Assembly: GCF_052425735.1 (NCBI RefSeq)
Contig: NC_135761.1
Location: 33,480,001 to 33,544,000, forward strand
DNA: 64,000 nt
Source: Oculina patagonica
Lineage: Eukaryota
Reading direction: 5' to 3'
The notes under the pieces were generated by a model, which was not told the origin of the DNA, did not search any database, and saw only the letters and a list, made by a program, of their open reading frames with translations. Positions 12,871 through 24,515 of the stretch are shown here, in pieces. A program made the position numbers and the translations under genes. Positions within the stretch are counted from its first letter, which is position 1; the number at the start of each line of letters is the position of its first letter.

Positions 12871-13466
12871 ATGGCAACACGGAAATCTCCACCAAACAAG
12901 CGAATGCGTTTAACCAAGGCAAAAGTCAACGACCAATGCATTAACAAGGTAGCTAGCTGTAAAGGCATCAGAAGTAGTTCTGCCATGTGATGACGTTTCC
13001 CTGCTCTACTTTCGGCAGTGGCTTGAGAAATTCTGCAAGGCACAGGGCGCTACAAAGGAATTGATGTTAATGTCGATCTTGCCAGCTGCATCTTCCCTTC
13101 TTGGTCTGTGCAAGCTCAAGATGGCTTCCACGTACAGTGAAAACCTTGGCCTGTTTACACTCGGTATTTGGCTGCCATCTGGAGAAAAGAATCAGCGCTT
13201 CTCCTTTGGGTGTAAGCAGCCCGTTTCCTTTGTGGAAATCAAGTTGGGGACTTGTCTGCTATTAGACAAGTTCACCGAAGTTGGTCTTTGCCAGCATCTT
13301 ATTCAAAACCGTGGTGTTGGCCTTTTGATGAAGGAAGAGATGAAGGACATTCTACGCCACATCCATTTGGAGAGATAATGTGGCACACTCTGTTGTTTGT
13401 TCGATGTAGATTGGCTATACATAAACAGTGGGAGCAGCAGCTTGAGGCAAGAAATCAAGTGATCTA
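12871..13466 (+). pseudogene. DUF3987/YfjI-like P-loop NTPase, N-terminal half
   Basis: ATG at 12871, then (after a frameshift) LYFRQWLEKFCKAQGATKELMLMSILPAASSLLG...LFTLGIWLPSGEKNQ...LLLDKFTEVGLCQHLIQNRGVGLLMKEE...GTLCCLFDVDWLYINSG. The motif order matches DUF3987. Confidence 0.6.
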
Positions 13467-14454
13467 GCCTTGTTATAGGCAGTTTTATGCAAATGAGAAT
13501 CTTTCCACAGAACCTTTCTGTTTTTATCTTTTTATTTTGATAGCACTTATAATTATTTTATAATACAAAAGTTAGAAATTATAATTTGCAGTAAGCATCC
13601 AGTGTAGCACAAGGGGGTCCCCAACCCCACCCCCATTCAAGCATATACAACGACCATCACACCTCCTAATGGAAGGAATGTTCCAGTTAGATCTAAACTT
13701 ACACTTGGTATCTGAAATTAGATGAAGTGTCAAATTTTTGAATTGCCATTTGTTGGATCACTATTTGACTATACAAAAAGAGTTGTAGGGTATTTCACAA
13801 TTTAACAATGTAGATGTGTCCCATTGTATTTCTGCTCTATACCAGAGTATTGGCATAACATTTTGTAACACAATTTTAAGGGTCATTAGAATAAGAAAAA
13901 AACCCTGTCAAAATTATGTCTTTCTTTAAGAGGGAAATACAGAAAAAAGTTTATTTCACAAAAGGGGGTTGTTTGCATGTTCCTGGCTGCCAAGGGCTTT
14001 TATTTATTTTTTTTTTTTGGAGGGGGAGTGGGGGTATTGTGGGGAGCTAGCAATGAGTGTTTTGCAAATACCAATTCAATTGACAACTGAAACAAAAAAT
14101 ATTGAGTTGAGAAGGTCCATACAATACTGTATTTATTTCGTTCTCTGTTTATCATTTTTAGGTTAGACAGTGTATCCTCATTGATTATAATTTCACTTAA
14201 TTACACGCACATAACGTGTGACAAACAATTATTTCCTAATTATTGCACTATTGATCAATTGACACAGACACAACTGTGATAAGACAACAACTGAAGGCCA
14301 TCGGGTAAATATTCTTTGTATTTCCTTTTGTGATGTGAAGATAAAATAGACAGTTATGTCTTACTTTACAGATTTCGAACTAGCAGACCACATACTACCT
14401 ACTACTAAATGGAATAAAGTTTGAAACCGATTGCCTATTATGTTGTATATTGGT

Positions 14455-14977
14455 ACACACCGATACAGACAGTTCTTCAGAGAAATTTACCCAATGATGG
14501 TGGCTAGCCAGTCTGGCTTTGACCTTAGATTTCTCATTGCTGGTCTGTGTCCAAGGGCCATGACTCCGAAGGAGATGTGGCTGTTTGCGGAAGAGCTGTG
14601 GCAGACCAATCTTGCAGACTAAGCCTGAATGACCTGTACAAGGCCATAAATGATGATCACCAACACGGTGACATCGTATACACCCTAAGTGATGATGCCT
14701 TGGCATTATACAAACAGTGTGACAAGCAATTTTGCCAGAAGCTGAACAGTCTGGGCAAAATGGCCAACTACTGCAATTAGCAGTGGCTACAGAGGGAAGA
14801 AAGGAGAAACGTTTAGTCTTAAGGCTAGCAGTTGTATTGTTTGTTGTGTACAGCTACATCAGGCTTCAACTCTTTCATTCATATGGGCCTGTCGCAAGAG
14901 TGGTTTCAAAACCTTACATGAAGTATGCAATCAACCTGATGACATACTTCCAGCAACAACGTAAGGACATAGACAAG
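14455..14977 (+). pseudogene. DUF3987/YfjI-like NTPase, C-terminal half
   Basis: RQFFREIYPMMVASQSGFDLRFLI (arginine-finger-like G-F-x-x-R-F-L), LNDLYKAINDDH..VYTLSDDALALY, K..LVLRLAVVLFV..MKYAINLMTYF across two frameshifts. Ends at an AAG|GTA donor. Confidence 0.6.
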
Positions 14978-15300
14978 GTACAAATAAAAAATCCTTCATT
15001 CAAAATCAAATTTTATCATAATTGTTGTTTACAGCCTTCACTGTGTTTCACTTATTAGTTTCTCTAACCCATTAAGCTTTGGGTCAAACGAATAAAATAT
15101 TGACTTGCAAGATAAGGGGTGCTCTATGTGTGCTATCCATCTTTTACATCTCCCCCCCCAAATTACCTACACACTCGACTGAATCAGTATTTTTTCCAAT
15201 TGCCAGGTGCATACTCCCCCACAGAAGGGATCAGAAATTTCCTGGGGGGTGAAGGGTCTCAAAGACCAAAAATTTTAAATTAATGTATGAAATTTAACTA

Positions 15301-15794
15301 CCTTATTATAGGAAATTAACGCTTGTGTTAATTAAGGTATTGGAAATTAACGCGACTTAAATTAACGCGAATTGAAGGAAAAATTACTTCCCAATAAAGG
15401 AAATTAACGCGAAAGAGAGGGTAACACTTCAAAATGAAGGAAATTAACGCGACGTACACAACTGGAACAAGTTCATTTCAACACTTGTAGGCGTATAATC
15501 TTAAACGCAAACAATGTTCATGGTATTTTTCCCACTTCGAGCGTTCTTCGCAGTATCAGTGAAAGTGGTAGATGACCACCCTGATAAAATAATGATTTTT
15601 CCTTTGAGTCAAGAACGTCTGGACTGTAACGAGAAATTGGGGCCAAAATAATGGAAATTAAGGTCACGGAAATTAACGCTCCACTTAATTAACGGTGCGG
15701 AAATTAACGTTAACAAAAATTAACGCGACTTAAATTAACGCGAATTTTTGAAATTCGCGTTAATTTCATGACGCGTTAATTTCCTATAATAAGG
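15301..15794. mobile_element. Non-autonomous TIR element (MITE) with TA TSD
   Basis: Perfect 22-bp TIR CCTTATTATAGGAAATTAACGC at both ends, TA at 15299-15300 and 15795-15796, and about 11 AAATTAACG motifs. Inserted inside an older repeat. Confidence 0.92.
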
Positions 15795-16259
15795 TAATTC
15801 TTAGCGGGGTGGGGACTTTCAGAATTCCGTAAAATATTTGCCTTCTTATCAAATTGCGATCTAACTATCTCTTAAGATATTAGCATGGAAGTACAAAGAG
15901 GATATGAAATTAGTTTTTAATGACAAACTTTATTTTTCGATTGTAGAAGCCTCCGAATTTACCTAGCTTTTGTGTTAGATTTTGTCCGGTTTAGGGCTTT
16001 GGGAAGAAAAAAATTGTTAAAAAATCAAAAAATAACTGATTGATCTTAAACTGATATTTTTGTAACTAGTGCCGCTAGGGCTTTATTCAGGCCGAGTTTG
16101 AAGAAATTTCATTTTGGGCTATTTACAAGTATAGTCGAAATTAACGCAAAGCTCTTCTTAATTCAGGAGTATAGTGGGTAGCCCAATGGCACTCGTTTGT
16201 CGGTCCATCATCTGTAAACTTCTCATTGCAACTATGCTGACCAGCAGATATACTTGTAA

Positions 16260-16705
16260 CATTTTCTTGGTGACGTAAACGACCTCGAGTTGAATGAAGC
16301 GAGAGACAAGTTTTAAGCAGTGCACCAAGAATACCATGAACAACTTGTCAACCAAAATGAGATCGACGATTCGCATGAATACAACGATACTGCAATCATA
16401 CTTCTTGCTAATGATACTAAAAGAATTATCAACGATTGAATACAAGGTTTCAATCTACCGCCGCAAGCTACTGACCTACCAGAAATTAACCCAGACAACT
16501 CTATCAGCTGCGTTGATGCTCGAGCTCTCCCTAAAGTTGCGGGTTTGTCACAGAAATCAAAGGCTAATTTCCAAGGCAAGCTCAAGATCTTTCAGGTGAA
16601 GCTCAGTGAGCAGTGCTAAAATAAGAGTAGCGGCAAAGAGAGCGTCTTTAACAGCCGAATCCTCTTTGCTACGAAAGCAACAAGCCTTGCAACAGGAAGA
16701 ATTGA
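16260..16705 (+). mobile_element. BEL/Pao LTR-retrotransposon gag N-terminal remnant
   Basis: EARDKF*AVHQEYHEQLVNQNEIDDSHEY and SSVSSAKIRVAAKRASLTAESSLLRKQQALQQEEL resemble BEL gag N-termini. Confidence 0.5.
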
Positions 16706-16724
16706 TCTCTTCAGCATGTCGACA

Positions 16725-17490
16725 GCGAGAAATGCTACCAAACGTTTAAAGAAGAGCGGCAGGATTGTTGTAATGGCACAGGGAAGAAATCTGCAGATTG
16801 ACGATTCGCATGAATACTACGATACTACAATCATACTTTTTGCTAATGATACTAAAAGAATTATCAACGATTGAATACATCCCCTGGGACTGTTGCCCTG
16901 GGCTTTGGCTACCCCTGATGGTTTCCTTCGAAAGACCAACAAGGCTGCTTTGGCAACTTTGTTCCAAAGAATGTGGAACAAGCTGAACAGATTCCAAATA
17001 ACGCTGCTACCATTATCGATGGCATGAACTTGGTACAGAAAGTGAATGCTGACCACTTGTCTTTTGGAGATGTTGCCAACGCAGTTGTGAATATGGCGCT
17101 GAGAGAATAGACTTAATATTTGATCTCTACCAAGAAATGTCGATCAAGAACAGCGTGAGATCTTTACAAGGCGAAGAAAGTGGGCATCTCCTCCAGAATA
17201 TTGCTAGTGCTCAGATAGTTAGTGGTGAAGTTTCCAACAAAACGGCTCTGATTAGTTTTATTGTTTGTGAATGGAAGGCAGATAAGTTAAGACAGCAGCT
17301 TAACGACAAAGAGCTGTAGGTGACGACTGAGTCATTGTGTTTCAAAATAACCTCCCAAGCCAGCAAAGATGTACAAGCCTTACAGTGCAAGCAAGGGGAA
17401 GCAGATAATCGTTTGCTCCTGCATCCATTGCATGCTAGCAAAGAAGGCTACACCTTGGCAATGATCTGTTCTGAAGACACGGACGTATTC
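16725..17490 (+). mobile_element. AcademX-type transposon remnant (XPG/FEN-like nuclease region)
   Basis: GRIVVMAQGRNLQI..HPLGLLPWALATPDGFLRKTNKAAL..TIIDGMNLVQ..IFDLYQEMSIKNS..NKTALISF..QGEADNRLLLH..ICSEDTDVF contains the IDG, FD, EAD and DTD acidic motifs. Multiple deletions and stops. Confidence 0.8.
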
Positions 17491-17869
17491 CTTCGATGAG
17501 TTGCTATCAGTCATTTTTCAAACTGTTACTACTATACCCTCCTAAAAATAACCATTATACCCCGCGGATGATACCGACCAACCAGCTGGCTCATGGACTA
17601 TGTAGACTTTCCAAATGTCTTGCACTCTATTAGCTCAACTTGTAAGCAAGTCTAGCAGTGGTGGTATCAACCACTACCACAAGGAATATGACAGTCCATG
17701 ATAATGCATGAAATTTGGTGGTCAAACAAGAGCGTGCGTTTCAACTATTTGACAATGCGAAATAATTTCCAGTAAATGAAGAAAACTTTTGTATTGTTCC
17801 AACTAGATCTCTATAAACTATTTGAAGCTAACTTAGGGTACATGATATAGCAACAATGAACTACGAACT

Positions 17870-18500
17870 ACAGTGTACAGAAAACTACGACCCACAGTGT
17901 ACAGAAAACTGATGCATACCGACAGATTAGTGGACGAAACATCCTACAACCCGACTTCCCACAAAGCTACGACTATCAAGACGACTGACAAGACGAGCGC
18001 AACTAGTTTGTGATACACTCGACAGTTTATCGGACGAAAACAAATACCTTGACCGCGTTTTCCACAAGAACAACTACAACACTGACTTTATTAGACGAAA
18101 CACTCACCAAACTACTGAAACTACCGAAACTGACAGAAACCCGACATGTTAGTACAGTGACTATACCCTACATCAAGGGCACTTCTAAGACTATTGCGTG
18201 GATTCTACAACCCTACAATATCCGTGTAGCTCACAAACCTATAACTACGTTACTACATTTACTAACTAACGTTAAAGACAAGGAGGAACCTAACGACAGA
18301 CAGGGAGCAATTTATAAGATCAAATGCTCCGACTGCCAGGCCTCCTACATCGGAGAGACCGGTAGAAACCTCAACACGAGACTGACTGAACACAAACGAG
18401 CGACGAGAAATGGTGATGTCAACAATCACATTTCTGAACTCTTAGTTCCTTGCCCCCTGGTGGGGGATAGGGCCGGACACATTTCTGAACACCGTCAACT
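17870..18500 (+). mobile_element. Penelope-like element, RT C-terminus plus GIY-YIG endonuclease
   Basis: VYRK..HTDR..SYNPTSHK..; TIPYIKGTS..; GAIYKIKCSDCQASYIGETGRNLNTRLTEH. Confidence 0.92.
18440..18477 (-). mobile_element. 38-bp insertion, probably the extreme 3' end of a retroposon
   Basis: Flanked by the exact 13-bp direct repeat CACATTTCTGAAC (18427-18439, 18478-18490). Internal hairpin CCCCC-TGGT-GGGGG. Confidence 0.7.
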
Positions 18501-18998
18501 TACTCTGTCTCCTTGGGGGTTTGATCCAATATTGCAAGCCCGTCGTCCTTGTAGAGGCCGATGTTGAGGCCAGGTATCTCCTTCAACTGTGATAGGAGGT
18601 AGCAGCCTACTAGCTCGTATGTCTCAGCCCCATTATAACTACCCATGGTTATGTCGAAGAGTGCGGTGGAGGTTCTCTTTTCCCATGGTTGGCCATTGTT
18701 GAATAAGATCGAGTGCTTAGCATTGATGATGGTTTAACGGTCTTCGGCTGAGATGGTCATGTGTTGGGATGCAAAATTAAGGGCTGGGTTAGGAGTTTCT
18801 CCGTTATTGATGGATAAAATTCGACGACATCAAAGCATATAAAGGCTGAATTTCGTTTGTTTGACAATTGTTTATACCACTGGAGTACAGAGGAAGTGTT
18901 TTTCCATTGATTAACTTTCGTTACATTCACTAGCTTTCGATTAATTTCTTCCAGGATTTTCTTGGTAATGCGGCCTATTTAATCAGTCTACAGGTGGG
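18501..18998 (-). mobile_element. Naiad-like Penelope element, inverted 5' RT segment
   Basis: Minus strand reads [72 protein letters not shown]. Confidence 0.9.
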
Positions 18999-20345
18999 AG
19001 ACAGAGAATTAAGAAAAAAAATTTGCAAAATTTTCGCCAAGAATGAACTGAAAATCACAATCGAAGCGAACAAAAAAGTTGTTGATTTTCTCGATGTTAC
19101 CTTCGACCTGAATAGCGGTAAATTCAAACAGTACTCAAAGCCAACGAACACGCCTCTGTACGTACACAGCAAATCAAACCATCCACCTAGCATTATAAAA
19201 AACATTCCTGGATCCGTGAACAGAAGGCTTTCAGAGATTTCTTCCGACGAACAAGTCTTCAATGAGGCAGCAATACCATACCAGGAAGCGCTAAGAAAAA
19301 ATGGATATCCTCACAAGCTAGAATTTCGGCAAACAACACAAACACCACCATCGCGTAGACGTAATCGATCAAGAAACATAATTTGGTTTAACCCGCCTTT
19401 CAATAAAAACGTTAAGACCAAAATAGGCAGAGCGTTCCTTCGCCTTATTAATACATGCTTTCCAGCTGGACACAAATTGCGGAAAATCTTTAACCGAAAC
19501 ACACTTAAAATAAGCTACAGTTGCATGCCAAACGTCAAGCAGATTATCGCTGGTCACAATAAAGCCATCTTAAAGAAAGACACGCAACCGGCACAAGACC
19601 AGGCCGTGAAGACATGCTCTAGAAGGAAGAATGAGTGCCCTTTGGAAGGCGAATGCCTAACAAAGGAAGTCGTCTACCAAGCGAAAAAATGACACCGAAC
19701 TTAGCAAGCATCTTTGGCATCTTAAAGGCGAATGAAAGAACTTCACACTGAAATGGGGAATCCTTGCTAAGGCAAAGGCCTACACGAACACAACAAAGCG
19801 ATGTAACCTTTGCCTAGCCGAAAAATATTTCATCATAACTAAGCCCCATCTGGCAACGCTTAACAAGCGGAACTAACTGATTTCTACCTGTAGACACAAC
19901 AGAAAATTTATTCTTATATTTAATTAGTTAAACGGTGCGAGCTACGCTGAGCGTGCAGTTTTAATGTATTATGCTCAGGCTATCTAGGGCGCGATGAATT
20001 TACGTTGTATTTGAGATTTTCAACAGTTACCTGTTACGCATTTGTAACAGTATATCGTAATGGCGAACCTTGTTGTAATGTTTAGATTTACAAGAGTCCA
20101 TTTCCATTCTTGTACAATTAGCGTGAGAACTTCATAATAAGTGTTGTAGACAATTAAGCGCGCGCATACTGAACTTTGTAAAATTTTAAATCTTTCCATC
20201 ACCCGATCATACCGTTGACATAATTCACGACGCTACAGTGTAACGGAGGTTAACTGAGGAGTGGGCCATCGTTTCGATGGCCTACGAAACAGTGCTGTAT
20301 TAAATCCAATGCACTCAAAATTTGAGTAGTCCGTCTTCTGATATT
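18997..20345 (+). mobile_element. Naiad-like Penelope element, 3' part (RT thumb, Cys linker, partial GIY-YIG, 3' pLTR)
   Basis: ORF 18994-19692 (VDFLDVTFDL..LYVHSKSNHPPSI..IIWFNPPF..ISYSCMPN..CPLEGECL..VVYQA), then TELSKHLW..CNLCLAEK..LNKRN*LISTCRH. Ends in (TA)n. Confidence 0.9.
20245..20307 (+). ncRNA. Type I hammerhead ribozyme, canonical core
   Basis: ttaa-CTGAGGA-stem II gtgggccatcg/cgatggcctac (11 bp, one GU)-GAAA-cag tg ctg-TA-ttaa. Predicted cleavage after A20299. Lies in a Penelope 3' repeat. Confidence 0.88.
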
Positions 20346-20362
20346 CTATGTATATATATATA

Positions 20363-20825
20363 CAGTCGAACCCCGCTATTTCGAACTGGGTTAATTCAAA
20401 GTCCCCGCTTTTTCGAACGAAGATCGAATTCCCTTGGATTTACCCTTATTTTTGCAGTCAATTACTATCAGCTTTTTCTAACTGATAGTTCGTTCCCTAC
20501 ACCTTAAATCAACCCTGTTATTTCGAACTTGTCAAAAACAGAGTACGTACATAAGAGCACAGCTGAAAACGTATTGCATTTTATTCGAGCTTGTGTTGCG
20601 TGGATACAGGTAGCGGCGTTTTAACATCTGACATTGGTTCGTTGAGCGATGAAGACATCCTCACAGAGTTTCGTGAAGAAAATCAGATGGAAGTGGATGA
20701 CGGCGATGATGGAAATGAAGATGAACAAGAAGAAACTCCCAAGCGACCAACGAAGAGTGAAGTCCATCAAGCAATCGAAACTCTCTTCATTTCCCTTAAG
20801 ACTTTGAAATAGCGGGGTTCGACTG
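20363..20825 (+). mobile_element. pogo/Tigger deletion derivative
   Basis: TIR CAGTCGAACCCCGCTATTTC at both ends, inserted in (TA)n. Internal LSDEDILTEF...DDGDDGNEDEQEETPKRPTKSEVHQAIETL resembles the acidic C-terminus of pogo transposases. Confidence 0.9.
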
Positions 20826-21574
20826 TATATATATATATATATTTGTTATTCAACAAATGCGTACGTTGTCCATATATGGAGAAGATGCTATTGCCTACGT
20901 ATATCCTGCGATATAGGTAGGTTGCCAAGATTTGTCTGAACTCTTGTAAAGTGCTGCAAAACCACAGTATTTCTACTTGCAAAATGTGTTCCGTTGACAA
21001 TTTGTTAAATAAAAATAAATATCCTGCTCAATCTATATAGCCAACTCGACCTATGGCCTCATCGGCTAAGTATGAGTCAATACTTTCCGCACAATTTTGC
21101 AGGAATAATAATTTGTTAAATATCATGCATACAAGTATATCTATGGACTTGACCATGAATTAACTAATGATCAGCCGAAAAACTGAAAACTACACCTTGA
21201 TTTTGATACAGTCAAACAAAAACATCGCTTATCTTCTAGGTGATCCAAGGGAGAAGATCTTTTGGTTCAACCAGTATACATGGTCACTGACAAACCTCAT
21301 CACCCTTCAATCCTATGTCAACATAAGAAATCTCCAGTCACTGCTCTCATTACAACCACATTTGCAGTTGGTAAACACAGTAATTCTTCATAACTACTTT
21401 TGACTATTTTAAAACTTCATATAGATAACTAAAAAAATACTCATATTTGTAGTACTTACTAATCAAACTAAACTAACTAATAAAATTTTATACCTTAGAT
21501 TGCAGCTGCCATTGATGAATATCACTGTTCAAAATCTTTCCTTATGTTATAGAGTATTTGTTCCTTTTCCTTTG

Positions 21575-21705
21575 TAATATTTGTTCCTGCAAGAATATGT
21601 GGAGTCGAAAGAGAATGGCTAAATCAGCTGGTTGTCCTTCTCGAAACGCTGTGCTTGAGTGCTCTAGCATATGCAAATGTGGAACTAAAAATCGGCTTGT
21701 AAGAA
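21575..21705 (+). pseudogene. Cys-rich CXC/tesmin-like zinc-binding fragment
   Basis: CSCKNMWSRKRMAKSAGCPSRNAVLECSSICKCG, a degenerate C-x-C...C-x-C...C-x3-C-x-C pattern. Confidence 0.5.
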
Positions 21706-24329
21706 TAAAACAAGTGTTGTATTTCTTCAAACTGGCTACAACTACGCCCTTTGATGCCAAGACTATCTTGCTTTTGATTTCAGAGGTCGAACATTGATTG
21801 CCGCGGAATAATTCTCTTTGTTTGTTTGGTGGTTTCAGCTGACCACGATTTGGAACACGTGATGCCATCAGGCATTCCACTTACAAACGAATATTTTAAT
21901 GGCAAATTAAAAGAAACCAATAAAATAAACGCTCAAAATGAAGCAGAGATAATTACTTAAGACTTTGATGGTAGTTTAAGATGTGAATATACTGCATGTG
22001 CAAGGATGCACTTGGATTGTTGAAAACAATTGAAATCACTCGCATTTAGATGGCGGATAAGGACTTGAAATGCGCAAAGCATCGTGGTTAAAAAGAAATA
22101 ATATTATATTTTTGTATCAGTTTGCTAGAAATGTGAAGAAATATATCAAGGAATGCAGAAACATTCATCCTTTGGTCACAGGTAAATCAGTAACAACATT
22201 TGATTTCTTCACAGCATTCATTTGCAACAAAAAAAAATCCAGAATGTAAATTAAACTCTATACTTAATTTTTCCATCTGCTGCTTCTCTTGACCTGCTAA
22301 TAAACAAGAAAAATCATTGTGAACCAAATTGTTTTGTTTTTATTTTCCAACAGGATGCATTTGGAAGAGCAAGCAGTGACTTAACATCAGCGTTCAAAAA
22401 GTTGGCTGTTGAAGACGACATAACTGTTGTTTTTCAGATGCAAACAGCAGCAGTAGTGAGTCGTCTGATGGCTGCATTAGTGGTCTTCAAGTTCTCCATC
22501 AAAAAACTGAATGAGTTTTTACACATTTGTGGCAAAGAAGAAAGCGCACCTGGACATCCCAGGAAGTGTTGAGTATGCAAAGAAAGAATGTATATGTTGG
22601 TAGGGCAACTACGGCAAGGTCCTTTCAATAATAGCCGACTTACTGCCTTTACGTGCAAAAAATGGATGAGGGTCCGTGCATTTGTGGAAAGAGTCTGATC
22701 TGCGAATTTAAAAATGTCTTTGACACAAGATAAGCAGGGTTAATGATTAACTTTGTATATTAGTGGAGGATGCATATGTCCTGTAAACACTGTGTCATCA
22801 ATGTTGGTAACTCAGTCTTCGTAGGTAGCTGAATAATTTTATTTATATTTATTCTCTTTGCAGGATAATTTACCTGTGACCCTACTAGCCCCATGTGCAG
22901 ACGCTGCTGGCTTGACAATTTAATAAGATCATTTTCTTTCTAACTTAAGGGTTTTTTTCTGGTCTGCACCAGTGACCCCAACAAATACTAGGAGCCCACT
23001 GATGTACATGGAGAATTTGGGGTATACACTGTTAATTAACAGATTTTTAACCGTTTTCCAATAAAAAATGGAGTCCTTAATGTTTAGTATCCATCTTCTA
23101 AGCCTCTATTGTCTAAGTAACGAAACCGACCTTTCCTTCAGACTGCCATGCAATCCTCCGACCCTGCTACCCCGAGTCCCGACACTGGATGCATTCACCG
23201 CTGACATAAACTGGCATGCCTTGCGTGTTTGAGTAACGCAATCTAGTTAATGGTGGATCGTAAAAAAACTTTTTCAAACTCTTCAACAAATTCTACAGAT
23301 TGTTGTCGTTAACCACACTTGTTTGGTAAAAATTGATTGCATTCTTGACCTTTTAGTTATCAAGGAGGTGTTTAATTTCTAACAAACGGCGACTTACTTG
23401 TATTCGACAGCCGACAATTCAATTTTCGCACTGACATTTCCAACGGCCTCATGTCTGACTCGGAGCTGAAAGTGAAAATTCCGTACTAATTCCTCGAAAA
23501 TCTGCTTCTGTACTGCCAAAATGGAACTTGAAGTGTTCAGCTACCTACACACTGATAATCTGGCAGGTAAGTGGACTGTATTAATTTTTCTCTCTGCCTA
23601 TTATTTTTCCGTTGGTTGAGTAATTTCGCAAAGGCAGTGTTTGTTTACAATAGTACTGTTTGAATTTTTTCTTCTCTCAATTCGTACTTTTAACTGCCTA
23701 AAATTTTATTCCATATATTTGAAGGGGAGACATTGCTTTTTCGCTGGAGTGTAAGTTTGTGAGGTTAAATCATGTATCATTGGCGATATTTTCGTTCAAA
23801 CTTGGCAATTTTTCGAACCTTTGAACTTAGCTTCAAATGGGTAAAAGAAAAAAAATTGTAAAAAAATCAATTTTTTTCCAAATCCAAAACCAACCCAGCA
23901 AAAAATAGCGAACATTCCCTTCTACTGAATAATGACTGAATATTCGGTCCCGTTAGGTTTTCTTTTTGCGACGAGTTGTTTAAAAAGTGTCGAACAATTA
24001 CCAGTGAAACCCTTCTGAGAGCGCCCAAACCGAAATTCATCCACTGCTGCTAAAACATAAATTGGATGGAGCTCAAAATTATTTTTATGTGAATCACTCA
24101 TCAGGACCTTTATTCTGAGAAAGTTTGAGGAAATTCATTTTTGGGGTCCAAAATACTTAAGGTGAAAAATTCAGATGGCGCCTCTTAACTTGCTTCCTTA
24201 CTTTTTCAAAAACATTTCAAGATGCCCAAGAAATGGCACTTGCCACGAGCTGGTTGGCACTTTTTATGACTGTACATAGGTATCTTAAGCTCTCCATAAA
24301 GAAGATTAAAAAATGCATGATTACTCCTT

Positions 24330-24515
24330 GTTTATATTTCAGGAAATGGATTTTCCATTGATAGTGCCCGGTGAATACTGCAGCAGTTTCAAGGTCCAAA
24401 AACCTGAAGAACTTGACACTCACATGCACCCTGTTTCTGGGTATAAACGAAGATTTGTATTAGGGGATAGGTTTTATAATTCCTCTGACCTACACACCTC
24501 CCCTCTGTGTGCTCA
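24330..24515 (+). mobile_element. Possible KDZ/HMGXB3-related transposase scrap
   Basis: HPVSGYKRRFVLGDRFYNSSDLHTSPLC resembles the HP-x-x-G...DRFH motif. Short and degenerate. Confidence 0.35.

Noticed and set aside
12871-14977. Bacterial contamination explaining DUF3987
   Set aside because: Decayed, ends at a splice donor, duplicated locally and interleaved with eukaryotic repeats of the same composition.
17894-17920. RAG recombination signal (CACAGTG heptamer)
   Set aside because: No nonamer at 12/23 spacing, it lies inside Penelope coding sequence, and no RSS-like TIR was seen around the RAG1-like gene.
19690-19930. Selenocysteine recoding in the Naiad-like element
   Set aside because: The TGA codons are at a deletion junction or a non-Cys position, other stops are TAA, and the conserved Cys are ordinary TGY. 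No SECIS recognised.
24160-24189. Kolobok-like terminus ending in TTAA
   Set aside because: No matching opposite end found in the window.
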